Source: a virus (lineage: Duplodnaviria > Caudoviricetes). Taken from it: a stretch of 32,708 bases of DNA. Below are positions 24,968 through 32,708 of this stretch, piece after piece. The stretch is taken from positions 1 through 32,708 of IMG/VR virus record IMGVR_UViG_3300033067_000757; one strand, written 5' to 3'. Within the stretch, counting starts at the first letter, position 1, and every line of letters begins with the position of its first letter. Below the pieces are notes generated by a model. It saw nothing but the letters and a program-made list of their open reading frames with translations. It did not search any database and was not told the origin of the DNA. Both the position numbers and the translations under genes were made by a program.

Positions 24968-25503
24968 AACAAATAACGGTCAGAGAATACACAGAGTTAG
25001 CACCTGATAAGCAATTACCTTACATAACCTTATTTACTTCGTTAAAAGAAAAAGCATTGCTTACAATTAAAATAAACGAGCTTTCTTATAACGAGGTCAG
25101 AAATTTATTAAAAAAACTTTCAGTTAGTTCTGAAGTAGAAGATATAAAAACAATCTTTGTGGACGCCTTAAAAATAGACGAATTAGAATTTTATTCGCTA
25201 CCTCTACAAAATTTTTTCCAAATAAAAAAATATATATCAAATTACTTTGTAAATTTGCAAAAGAAGGAAACCCAATTATTACAATCTGTAAATGAAGACA
25301 CAGGCGTTTGGGATATGGCTGGAGGCGAAAGATTAAACGAGTTTGCAGATATATTACCACTTTCACAATTAGCAAAAATATACGGTGGTTACCCGTTTGA
25401 TTATGGAACTAAAAAATATATTGAAATAATTTATTTGCTGCGTATGAATAACGTACAAGGGCAAGTTGAAAAAGAATATCAAAAATTAAAAAGCAAAAAA
25501 TAA
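24964..25503 (+). CDS. Putative tail assembly chaperone
   Basis: 179 aa, helical; 'AGGERLNEF..LSQLAK..G' resembles Bacteroidota siphovirus chaperones; at the head of the tail block. Confidence 0.45.
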   Translation: MKQITVREYTELAPDKQLPYITLFTSLKEKALLTIKINELSYNEVRNLLKKLSVSSEVEDIKTIFVDALKIDELEFYSLPLQNFFQIKKYISNYFVNLQKKETQLLQSVNEDTGVWDMAGGERLNEFADILPLSQLAKIYGGYPFDYGTKKYIEIIYLLRMNNVQGQVEKEYQKLKSKK

Positions 25504-25676
25504 TGAATAGTAAATTAACAATTGATAAATTTATCAAAGAAATTGACAAAGAGGCTTTGTCAAAACAAGGTAAAACAATGAATGATGTTACTCTTTGGGT
25601 GAACGAAAAAATTTATACCGATTTACAGCCTTTTTTAAAAGAAGGTAAGTACAAAGGAATTACAATTATTTGTTAA
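25503..25676 (+). CDS. Hypothetical 57-aa protein
   Basis: MNSKLTIDKFIKEIDKEAL...YKGITIIC; TAATG coupling; abuts the next ATG. Confidence 0.6.
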   Translation: MNSKLTIDKFIKEIDKEALSKQGKTMNDVTLWVNEKIYTDLQPFLKEGKYKGITIIC

Positions 25677-26111
25677 ATGGCAGATTTAGTTAGAATATTA
25701 GAAACCTTTTGCGCTGCAAATAACGTGCAGTTTCACTATGGTAATAAGTCGCACTTAAATTTAATTGATGCTGGTTCGGATTTAGAACCTAATAAAATTC
25801 ATTTATTATTATTCCCATTAAGACGTGGTAATTTTATTGATAGCGGAAGAACTTATAACGGTAATTTCTTTTATGTAAAGCCCGATAATTTTGCACAGGA
25901 ATATTTTAACGAAACCCCTGGTAATAATTTGCAATCTAAATACAAAACTTGTATTGAGCCGCTTATCACTTCTTTAGATACTATTGAAAAAAAATTAAAA
26001 TGGTGTGAAGACATTGATATTTTAAGTTGGGAAAGCGTAGACGCTGTTGATGTACTAGATGCAAACATGAGCGGGTTATATGTAACGTTCCAATTTAAAG
26101 TTTATGAGTAG
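25677..26111 (+). CDS. Putative tail terminator/completion protein
   Basis: 144 aa; C-terminal 'LDANMSGLYVTFQF' strand; gene context. Confidence 0.5.
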   Translation: MADLVRILETFCAANNVQFHYGNKSHLNLIDAGSDLEPNKIHLLLFPLRRGNFIDSGRTYNGNFFYVKPDNFAQEYFNETPGNNLQSKYKTCIEPLITSLDTIEKKLKWCEDIDILSWESVDAVDVLDANMSGLYVTFQFKVYE

Positions 26112-26568
26112 TAAAGTACTATCTAGGGAGTTTGAACTTTTAAAAAAGGATTTGATAATTGCCTATGATGCCAAAGGGATGCGAGCGAGTGGAAAGTTTG
26201 CCGATACTTTAGAAGTTCAAGTTACGGGATTAACGGCTAAATTATTCGGAGAGGATTATTCTCAACAACTTGAAACGGGGCGAAAGGCTGGCAGATTTCC
26301 ACCGATTAATGCTATTGAACAATGGATAAAAGATAAGGGCATAGCAAACAGAATACAAGGCGAAATATCAATAAGTAGTTTGGCTTTTCTAATCGCTAGA
26401 AAAATTGCCCGTAATGGTTGGAAACGTGAAGAGCATGGAGGCGTGCAATTAATAAGCGAGGTTGTAACCGACCAAAGAATACAAAATATAATTGATGAGG
26501 TTGGAGCTGAACAGGCTTTGATTTATTCAACAGAAATAATTAAACTAGTAAACGAAATAGCAGTATAA
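26104..26568 (+). CDS. Tail completion/neck protein (HK97 gp10-like)
   Basis: ASG, E.GRK.G..PP..I..WI..KG, AFLIARKI...G motifs. Confidence 0.65.
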   Translation: MSSKVLSREFELLKKDLIIAYDAKGMRASGKFADTLEVQVTGLTAKLFGEDYSQQLETGRKAGRFPPINAIEQWIKDKGIANRIQGEISISSLAFLIARKIARNGWKREEHGGVQLISEVVTDQRIQNIIDEVGAEQALIYSTEIIKLVNEIAV

Positions 26569-27740
26569 TGGCGATAATATTTGATAAACAATTAACACTT
26601 ACGGATTTATTACTTTCGTACAATAATAACACCGTAACTTTTAAAAGTAATTCCGGTTTAATACAAAGCAAAGCTACTTTAACATTTGGCAGCAAAGTAT
26701 TTACTTTGTTTCCTGATCCAGCTAGTAAGTTTCATTTTAATTTTAAATACAGCGTTTCAACTTTAATTAATGGAACTAATAACTTCGCAGACTTAGCCGA
26801 TTTCGACTTAGTAACACCAATTGCAAACGCTTTTAAAACACGTGTAATAAATGACGGTGGAACTTTTGAAGCGTTTGATTGTTTATTTTCACAAATCGAT
26901 AGTTTAGGAGTTGCACCAATTATTAATATTACAGATTATATTTACAAAAATTACAACGTAGTTTATACCGTATTTTTTACAAATAATACTAGCGAAACAC
27001 AAACCATAAATTACAGCTTTTTAAGTGCTTATGTAAACCCTCAAAGCTATAAAAAATTATACCCTCAATACCCTTTCCAAGTTGCAGGGCAATATATTTT
27101 AAAACCAATATCTTATTTTAAAAATTGGTTAGGATACCCTTTTGACATTACATATTACAACGGGGTTTTAAATGATTTGACTTTTATTGTAAATGGAGTT
27201 ACGAAAACTATACCAAATACAAACCGAATAAATAGAGTTATATTTTCAGATGGTGAAAGCAATTTCTTTAATTTACAAAATGGTTACAATACCGTTAATG
27301 GAATTTACATTGAGCAAATTGGTAACGCTTGCGACGGACATTATTTAAAATTTTTAAATTCATTTGGTGGCTGGAATTATTGGCTATTTAATAAAGGAAA
27401 CGAAACTTTAACAACTAAAGATTTAGGGATTATTAATAACGATTATGAGGATGTTGTAGATACGATTTCACCATACATAAATATTGGTAAAACTTCTGAA
27501 ACGAATATTACAGTTGTACAGGAAAACTTGACACCTGATGAATTATTAATTTTAAACGATATATTGGAAAGCCCAAAAGTATATTTATTTACTGCAGAGC
27601 AAAACCAATTAGCACAGCCAAATGATTGGTTAGAAGTTTCAATTAAAAGCGGAGCCTTTAGGGTTTCAAATGCGCGTGAGAAAATGACTTCTTTAAGTTT
27701 AAATATTGATTTACCAATGAATAATACCAAAACTTTATGA
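26568..27740 (+). CDS. Tail-tip (distal tail-like) protein
   Basis: C-terminal 'KFLNSFGGWNYWLF..LNDILESPKVY' domain typical of Bacteroidota siphovirus tail proteins. Confidence 0.6.
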   Translation: MAIIFDKQLTLTDLLLSYNNNTVTFKSNSGLIQSKATLTFGSKVFTLFPDPASKFHFNFKYSVSTLINGTNNFADLADFDLVTPIANAFKTRVINDGGTFEAFDCLFSQIDSLGVAPIINITDYIYKNYNVVYTVFFTNNTSETQTINYSFLSAYVNPQSYKKLYPQYPFQVAGQYILKPISYFKNWLGYPFDITYYNGVLNDLTFIVNGVTKTIPNTNRINRVIFSDGESNFFNLQNGYNTVNGIYIEQIGNACDGHYLKFLNSFGGWNYWLFNKGNETLTTKDLGIINNDYEDVVDTISPYINIGKTSETNITVVQENLTPDELLILNDILESPKVYLFTAEQNQLAQPNDWLEVSIKSGAFRVSNAREKMTSLSLNIDLPMNNTKTL

Positions 27741-29884
27741 GGCTAATTATAAACGGGTTTGATATTGAACTGGAACCAGACGAAAAAATTGCTAGAACTT
27801 TACAGGTTAATGATATTTTAACTTTAAGTAATAGGCAGTCGAATTATACCAATACTTTTTCAATACGTAGAACTGATAAAAATAAGCAAACATTTGAATT
27901 ATTAGGAGTTGTTGGAATTACTTCTTTTGTACCTTACCAATTAAATGAAGTTTATCTTTATACAGATGACGGAGAGTACATAGTTCATAAAGGGCGGGCC
28001 GTGGTTCAGTCAACTGACAAAGATTATAAACTTAACCTTTACGATGGTAATATCGATTTATATAAGGCAATAGAAAATAAAAGTTTGGGCGATTTAAACT
28101 TGTCAGAAATTGACCATATTAAAACGCTAGCTACTGTTGTAAATACTTTTACAGCTAATTTGAATTATAAATATTTAATTGCGGATTATAACGGTAAAAT
28201 GATTTATAACACCAATAGAATTAATATTGATTATTTAGTACCGAGTGCAAAAGTTAGTTATTTATGGAATAAGATTTTTAGTGAGTTTGGTTTTACATAC
28301 AGTGGCTCAGTATTTAATACTGTCGATTTTACAAACCTTTGGTTATCATTTCCAAAAGTTAGTCCTCCACAAGGTGCGCCTATTACCGTATTAAACACTA
28401 TAACTACAACTGTAACAGACCAAGCTCCACCACAAATAAATTATGTAGTTACGCAAACGGGAACTTATTTTTTTACAATAGCTGATTATTCGACTGGTTC
28501 GGCTTATGCTGACATTTGGAATCAAAACGGCTATACTGGAAACACTTATACGCTTAATAATAGAATTTTTGTTAATGGTGTTTTAGCTTTGACTGATATT
28601 ATTGAATTACAAATTGGCGATGTAATAACTACTGATTATATTTTTGAAGAAACGTTAAATTTAGGTGAGTATTATTATGAAACTTATGTAGGTGATTTTC
28701 AATATGAATTTATTTTAGAATTTTATCAAGGTCAAATTATTAGTTTTTCAAACGAGCTAAAAGATTTTAGCATTAAAGATTTTATAACTGAAATACTTAA
28801 TCGTTTTGGCTTAACACCATTCAAAGACAAATATACAAATCATTATAAATTTTTAACATTACAGGAACTTTTACAAAATAACCAAGTAATTGACTGGAGC
28901 CGAAAACAGAATAAGTTTGTAGAAAAGATTTCAGAGCGTTACATTTTTGGAAGCTATGCACAGAAAAACAATTTCACTTACAAATACAACGACCCTGAAA
29001 GCGATTACTACAACAGCGATATTTTAATAAACAACATAAACCTTGCCGATGCAAAAACGGTTGTTAATTCCAAAGTATATGCACCTGAAAAAGACAGAAC
29101 TATTTTAATACACAATTTACAAACTAACGTTTATAAAATGTGGAATAAAGAAGTCAAAGATAACGGAACTGTAGAATATAGAGCTTTACAAAAAAGATAC
29201 TATTTTTTACGTGAAGCATCGCATACTTTTACAACTACAACACAAATAGGAAGTGAAACAGCTGGTTTGCATCAAGATATTACAACCGTACCAGTCGAAA
29301 GTTTTTATAATTTACGAATGGAAGACGTTATAAGAAATTACTACGGTAATATTGGCGCCATTTTAAACTATTCAAAAATTATTGACGCAACTATTTACCT
29401 AAATGAAACCGATATAGCAAATATTGACTTTAGTAAATTATATTGGATTAAGGAATTATCTAGCTATTTTATTTTAAACAAAGTAAATAATTTTATAAAA
29501 AAAGGAATTACAAAAGTAGAACTTATAAAAGTAGATTATGCAGCACCAAACAATGACCCTATAAATGTAGAAGATAACGGCTTTCAATTATTAATTGATA
29601 TTGTAAAGGGCGTTATACCTAGGTTACATTTTGGTTTTAATCAAAGAGATATTACAGCAAGGGAAAATGAAGTAATAACAATTTATCAAGATACGGTTTA
29701 TAATGCAAATGAGTATTTTGTACCTTTAGTAACTGCAATTGGAGGAAAAGTTACTAGGGCAGATTTAAACATAATAGAGGTTTCATTTGCAACTAGCGGA
29801 AATTATAATTTAAGCGCTACAGTAGCAAATAATGACCGTACAATAGAATTAGAATCTAACGTTTTAAACATAACAATAATATAA
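27737..29884 (+). CDS. Tail hub/baseplate (Tal-like) protein
   Basis: 715 aa; N-terminal 'Q.NDI..L.NRQSNYTNTF', 'IDWS.K' and 'YAQKN.F.Y' motifs. Confidence 0.65.
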   Translation: MRLIINGFDIELEPDEKIARTLQVNDILTLSNRQSNYTNTFSIRRTDKNKQTFELLGVVGITSFVPYQLNEVYLYTDDGEYIVHKGRAVVQSTDKDYKLNLYDGNIDLYKAIENKSLGDLNLSEIDHIKTLATVVNTFTANLNYKYLIADYNGKMIYNTNRINIDYLVPSAKVSYLWNKIFSEFGFTYSGSVFNTVDFTNLWLSFPKVSPPQGAPITVLNTITTTVTDQAPPQINYVVTQTGTYFFTIADYSTGSAYADIWNQNGYTGNTYTLNNRIFVNGVLALTDIIELQIGDVITTDYIFEETLNLGEYYYETYVGDFQYEFILEFYQGQIISFSNELKDFSIKDFITEILNRFGLTPFKDKYTNHYKFLTLQELLQNNQVIDWSRKQNKFVEKISERYIFGSYAQKNNFTYKYNDPESDYYNSDILINNINLADAKTVVNSKVYAPEKDRTILIHNLQTNVYKMWNKEVKDNGTVEYRALQKRYYFLREASHTFTTTTQIGSETAGLHQDITTVPVESFYNLRMEDVIRNYYGNIGAILNYSKIIDATIYLNETDIANIDFSKLYWIKELSSYFILNKVNNFIKKGITKVELIKVDYAAPNNDPINVEDNGFQLLIDIVKGVIPRLHFGFNQRDITARENEVITIYQDTVYNANEYFVPLVTAIGGKVTRADLNIIEVSFATSGNYNLSATVANNDRTIELESNVLNITII

Positions 29885-32708
29885 TGGCAAAAGTAGTAAT
29901 CGCAGAACTGGAAATTGACATCACTGCACTTTTAAAATCAACTTCGGATTTAAAAAAAGAAATTGATGCGCTTAAAAATACACAAAAAGATTTAGCCGCT
30001 TCAGGCGATAAGTCAAGCGAAGCATTTGTTGCAAACGAGGCAGTTTTAAAATCGTTAAATAGTGCCTATGCTTCAAATGTAAAAGTAATACAGGAAAGTG
30101 GAAAAGCAACAGCAACACAAGCAGACCAATCAGAACTTTTATCTTTAGCATTAAGTCAAGAAGCTACTAGTATAGCTGAAGCGCGTCAACAAAACCAATT
30201 ACTAAATAAAATGCGTAATGAAACAAACGTTTCTACTGTTGAAGGAAAAGCACAACTAGAAGCGTTAAATGCTAAATTGGATGAAAATAATAATTTTATA
30301 AAAGCAAATGGCGATCAATATTTGCAACAAAAAATTAACATAGGTAATTACAAGGAAGGTATAAAAGAAGCTTTTCAAGAAATGAATATCTTTAATGGTG
30401 GTATTGGTGGCTTTATACAACGTAGTCAAGAAGCCGGAGGAGTAACAAATCTTTTATCTAATTCATTTGGTGGAATGATACAAGGTATAATGGGAATTAC
30501 TAGGGCTTCACTTGCTTTTATTGCTACGCCAATCGGTGCCGTTATTGCTGCAATTGGCTTAGTAGTTGGCGCCCTAGTGAACTATTTAAAATCTTCCCAA
30601 GAAGGTATAGATGCAGTTACATCAGTAACAAGACCATTACAAGCTATTATGTCATCTTTAATAGGTGTATTGCAAAACGTAGGGAAGTTTTTATTTGAAG
30701 CGTTTAGCAATCCTAAAAAAACGCTTACTGAATTATATGATTTTGTTAAACAAAATTTAATTAATCGATTTACAGCGTTTGGCAAAATATTAGAAGGTAT
30801 TATTGAATTGGATTTTAAAAAAGTTACAAATGGAGTTTTACAAGCTGGTACGGGTGTTGAAAATTTAACTAGTAAAATTCAAAACGGAGCGAAGGCAACG
30901 GGTAAGTTTTTAGACGAAGCAATTAAAAAAGGACAGGAAATTGACGCACTTAAAAAACAAATTGAACGTAGCGAGCTGGCATATCAAAGACAACAAATTA
31001 AAACCAACGATTTAATTGACCAGCAACTATTAATATCAAAAGACACATCTAAGTCTTTTTCTGAACGTGCTGCTGCATCAAATGAAATTATACGACTTAC
31101 AACAGAACTTTCTAAAAAAGAAGAGGAAATTATACAAAAGAAAATTAAGGCTTTGCAATTAGAGTACTCAATGAAAGATGCAAAATCTATCACTATTGCA
31201 GAACAACAAAAATTAATTGATTTAGAAAAGCAGCTAGATGAAGCGCAAGATAGAGGTTTAAACGCTCGTTTAGAACAAACTAAAGTATTATCGGGTTTAA
31301 AAAAAGAACAGGAAGCGCAAGCAAAAGAAGCTCAAGCTAAAGAACTTGAAAGACAAAACAAAGCTATTGAAGCGCAACTAACAAAATCACGTCAAGAAAT
31401 TGAATTGTTTAAGGTAAAAGAAAGTGAAAAATCTAAAACAGCCGAGCAACAATACCAGTTTAATAAACAAATTTATGATAAAGAAAATGCTGATTTAAAA
31501 CTTCAATACGATAAAGGTAAAATATCAAAATTACAATACGAAACAGATAAATTAAAATTGTCTCAAACATTTGCGCAACAAAACGCAGATACGCTTTTGC
31601 AATTTGCAAACGCTGAATTAAATTTATTTTTAGAAAATAACAAATCAAAACTAGCCGGGGCGCAAATTTTAACAGATGAACTAGTAAAAGAAGAGGAAAA
31701 AAGGTTACAATTAATTGACCAAAAAAGAATTGAAAATTTAGCAAAAGAAAAGGAAATTGACGTTGCTAAATTAGAAGCTAAAAAATTAAATAATGAAGCC
31801 TTAACAGTTGCGGAAATAGAATTCGAAACTGAAAGAATAAAAATTTCAAGCGAAACAGATAACACTATACAAGCCAATAAAAAAACTTTAGAAGAGCAAA
31901 TTAAGGCCCAAAAAGCTGAACAGTTAGCAATTGATAACGAGTTGGCCTTAGCTGAAGCCCAAACAAAAGCGGAAGAGGAAGCCGTAAAAGCAGAACAGCA
32001 ATATCAGTTAGAAATGCAAAGGCTTAATAAATTGCTTACTGATAAGAAAATTACTCAAGACCAATTTGATGCATTAAAGGCAAGCGCTGATAAGAAAAAA
32101 GAAGAGAACGAAAAAATAGCTTCTTTAAATAGAACTACAGCAACTTTACAAGAAATGGGTAAAGTAACCGCAGGACTTGAATCTATGTTTGGAAAAAACA
32201 AAGCTATTGCTTCTGCAACTGCTTTAATAAACGGAGGATTAGCTGTAACTGAAATTTTAAAAACTCCTTCAGTATTACCAGAGCCAGCGGCTTCAATTTC
32301 AAGAGCTATTCAAATTGGTGGAACTATTGCAACAACAGCAAGAAGTATATCACAAATTAACTCAGCTAAATTTGAAAAAGGAGGTATTCAAGAAATTGGC
32401 GGTAAACGTCATAGCGCTGGAGGTACTAAATTTTGGGGAGAAGACGGTACACGTTTTGAAGCTGAAGCAGGCGAGGGAATTGGAATATTAAACCGAAATG
32501 CGTTTGCGTCTTTTATGGACTTTAACAACTCACATAGTAGCGGTCGAAGTAACGGAGGTTTCTTTGCTGGTGGTGGAATTATTACGCAAGGTGTACGCCC
32601 TGAAACTTTAAACATTGACAACGTTGTAGACGCAATAGCGAGTATACCTGCTCCTGTAGTTGCAGTTGAAGAAATTCAAACCGTAGGTAACAGATACGCT
32701 ACAGTTGT
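29884..32708 (+). CDS. Tape measure protein (allele B; runs off the 3' edge, about 947 aa if completed with 1148-1166)
   Basis: ATG 29884; long open frame with coiled coils, 'KINIGNY' and the hydrophobic 'AFIATPIGAVIAAIGLVVGALV'. Absent from the ORF track because it has no stop in the window. Confidence 0.88.
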   Translation, partial: MAKVVIAELEIDITALLKSTSDLKKEIDALKNTQKDLAASGDKSSEAFVANEAVLKSLNSAYASNVKVIQESGKATATQADQSELLSLALSQEATSIAEARQQNQLLNKMRNETNVSTVEGKAQLEALNAKLDENNNFIKANGDQYLQQKINIGNYKEGIKEAFQEMNIFNGGIGGFIQRSQEAGGVTNLLSNSFGGMIQGIMGITRASLAFIATPIGAVIAAIGLVVGALVNYLKSSQEGIDAVTSVTRPLQAIMSSLIGVLQNVGKFLFEAFSNPKKTLTELYDFVKQNLINRFTAFGKILEGIIELDFKKVTNGVLQAGTGVENLTSKIQNGAKATGKFLDEAIKKGQEIDALKKQIERSELAYQRQQIKTNDLIDQQLLISKDTSKSFSERAAASNEIIRLTTELSKKEEEIIQKKIKALQLEYSMKDAKSITIAEQQKLIDLEKQLDEAQDRGLNARLEQTKVLSGLKKEQEAQAKEAQAKELERQNKAIEAQLTKSRQEIELFKVKESEKSKTAEQQYQFNKQIYDKENADLKLQYDKGKISKLQYETDKLKLSQTFAQQNADTLLQFANAELNLFLENNKSKLAGAQILTDELVKEEEKRLQLIDQKRIENLAKEKEIDVAKLEAKKLNNEALTVAEIEFETERIKISSETDNTIQANKKTLEEQIKAQKAEQLAIDNELALAEAQTKAEEEAVKAEQQYQLEMQRLNKLLTDKKITQDQFDALKASADKKKEENEKIASLNRTTATLQEMGKVTAGLESMFGKNKAIASATALINGGLAVTEILKTPSVLPEPAASISRAIQIGGTIATTARSISQINSAKFEKGGIQEIGGKRHSAGGTKFWGEDGTRFEAEAGEGIGILNRNAFASFMDFNNSHSSGRSNGGFFAGGGIITQGVRPETLNIDNVVDAIASIPAPVVAVEEIQTVGNRYATV
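31571..32708 (+). repeat. Imperfect terminal direct repeat, right copy
   Basis: See 1-1147. Confidence 0.97.

Noticed and set aside
25480-25510. Programmed -1 frameshift at the end of the putative tail chaperone
   Set aside because: No canonical X XXY YYZ heptamer in frame; the TAATG overlap is ordinary translational coupling seen throughout the genome.
23282-32621. Minus-strand ORFs within the terminase, tail and TMP genes
   Set aside because: Antisense shadows; those from 30582 onward lie opposite the unlisted TMP frame.
1-32708. Terminal repeats as true physical DTRs of the virion
   Set aside because: True DTRs should be identical. These diverge internally and have k-mer-sized identical anchors, which fits an assembly bubble better.
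1-32708. Stop-codon recoding, tRNA genes, introns or inteins
   Set aside because: Core genes are full length in code 11 and use TAA, TAG and TGA as stops. I saw no cloverleaf by eye (tRNAscan not run), and TerL and the capsid protein are of normal length.

Overview
The window is an apparently complete, circularly permuted genome of an AT-rich tailed phage, probably a siphovirus of a Bacteroidota (Flavobacterium-like) host, judged by TAnnTTTG promoters and A-rich, SD-less translation starts. The unit length is about 31.57 kb. Plus strand 22474-32708 continuing into 1-11618 encodes, in order: ParB-N protein, terminase small and large subunits, tail genes, tape measure protein (TMP), a Zn-finger/HTH pair, Clp-type prohead protease, major capsid protein, tail tube, portal, connector, fibre, and a lysis module containing a metallophosphoesterase. 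Minus strand 22282-11610 is the early region: Cro-like HTH, DUF1351, RecT, MBL hydrolase, SSB-like protein, replication initiator and loader, RuvC-like resolvase and many small ORFs. I saw no integrase, CI repressor, tRNA, CRISPR array or reverse transcriptase. The main observations are: (1) two promoter-proximal leader RNAs (14220-14327, 16788-16891) with the same two-hairpin, loop-loop-complementary, terminator architecture but different loop sequences; (2) the two contig ends carry two divergent alleles of the TMP C-terminus with a swapped hydrophobic segment; (3) a candidate sRNA antisense to early-gene start regions (9379-9453); (4) a repeated GTCAAGT..ACTTGACA intergenic module linked to small-gene cassettes, including a duplicated 29-aa hydrophobic peptide; (5) a 19-aa motif shared by a 50-aa fibre-adjacent ORF and a tail-tip protein. 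All family calls are by motif recognition and gene context, not database searches.
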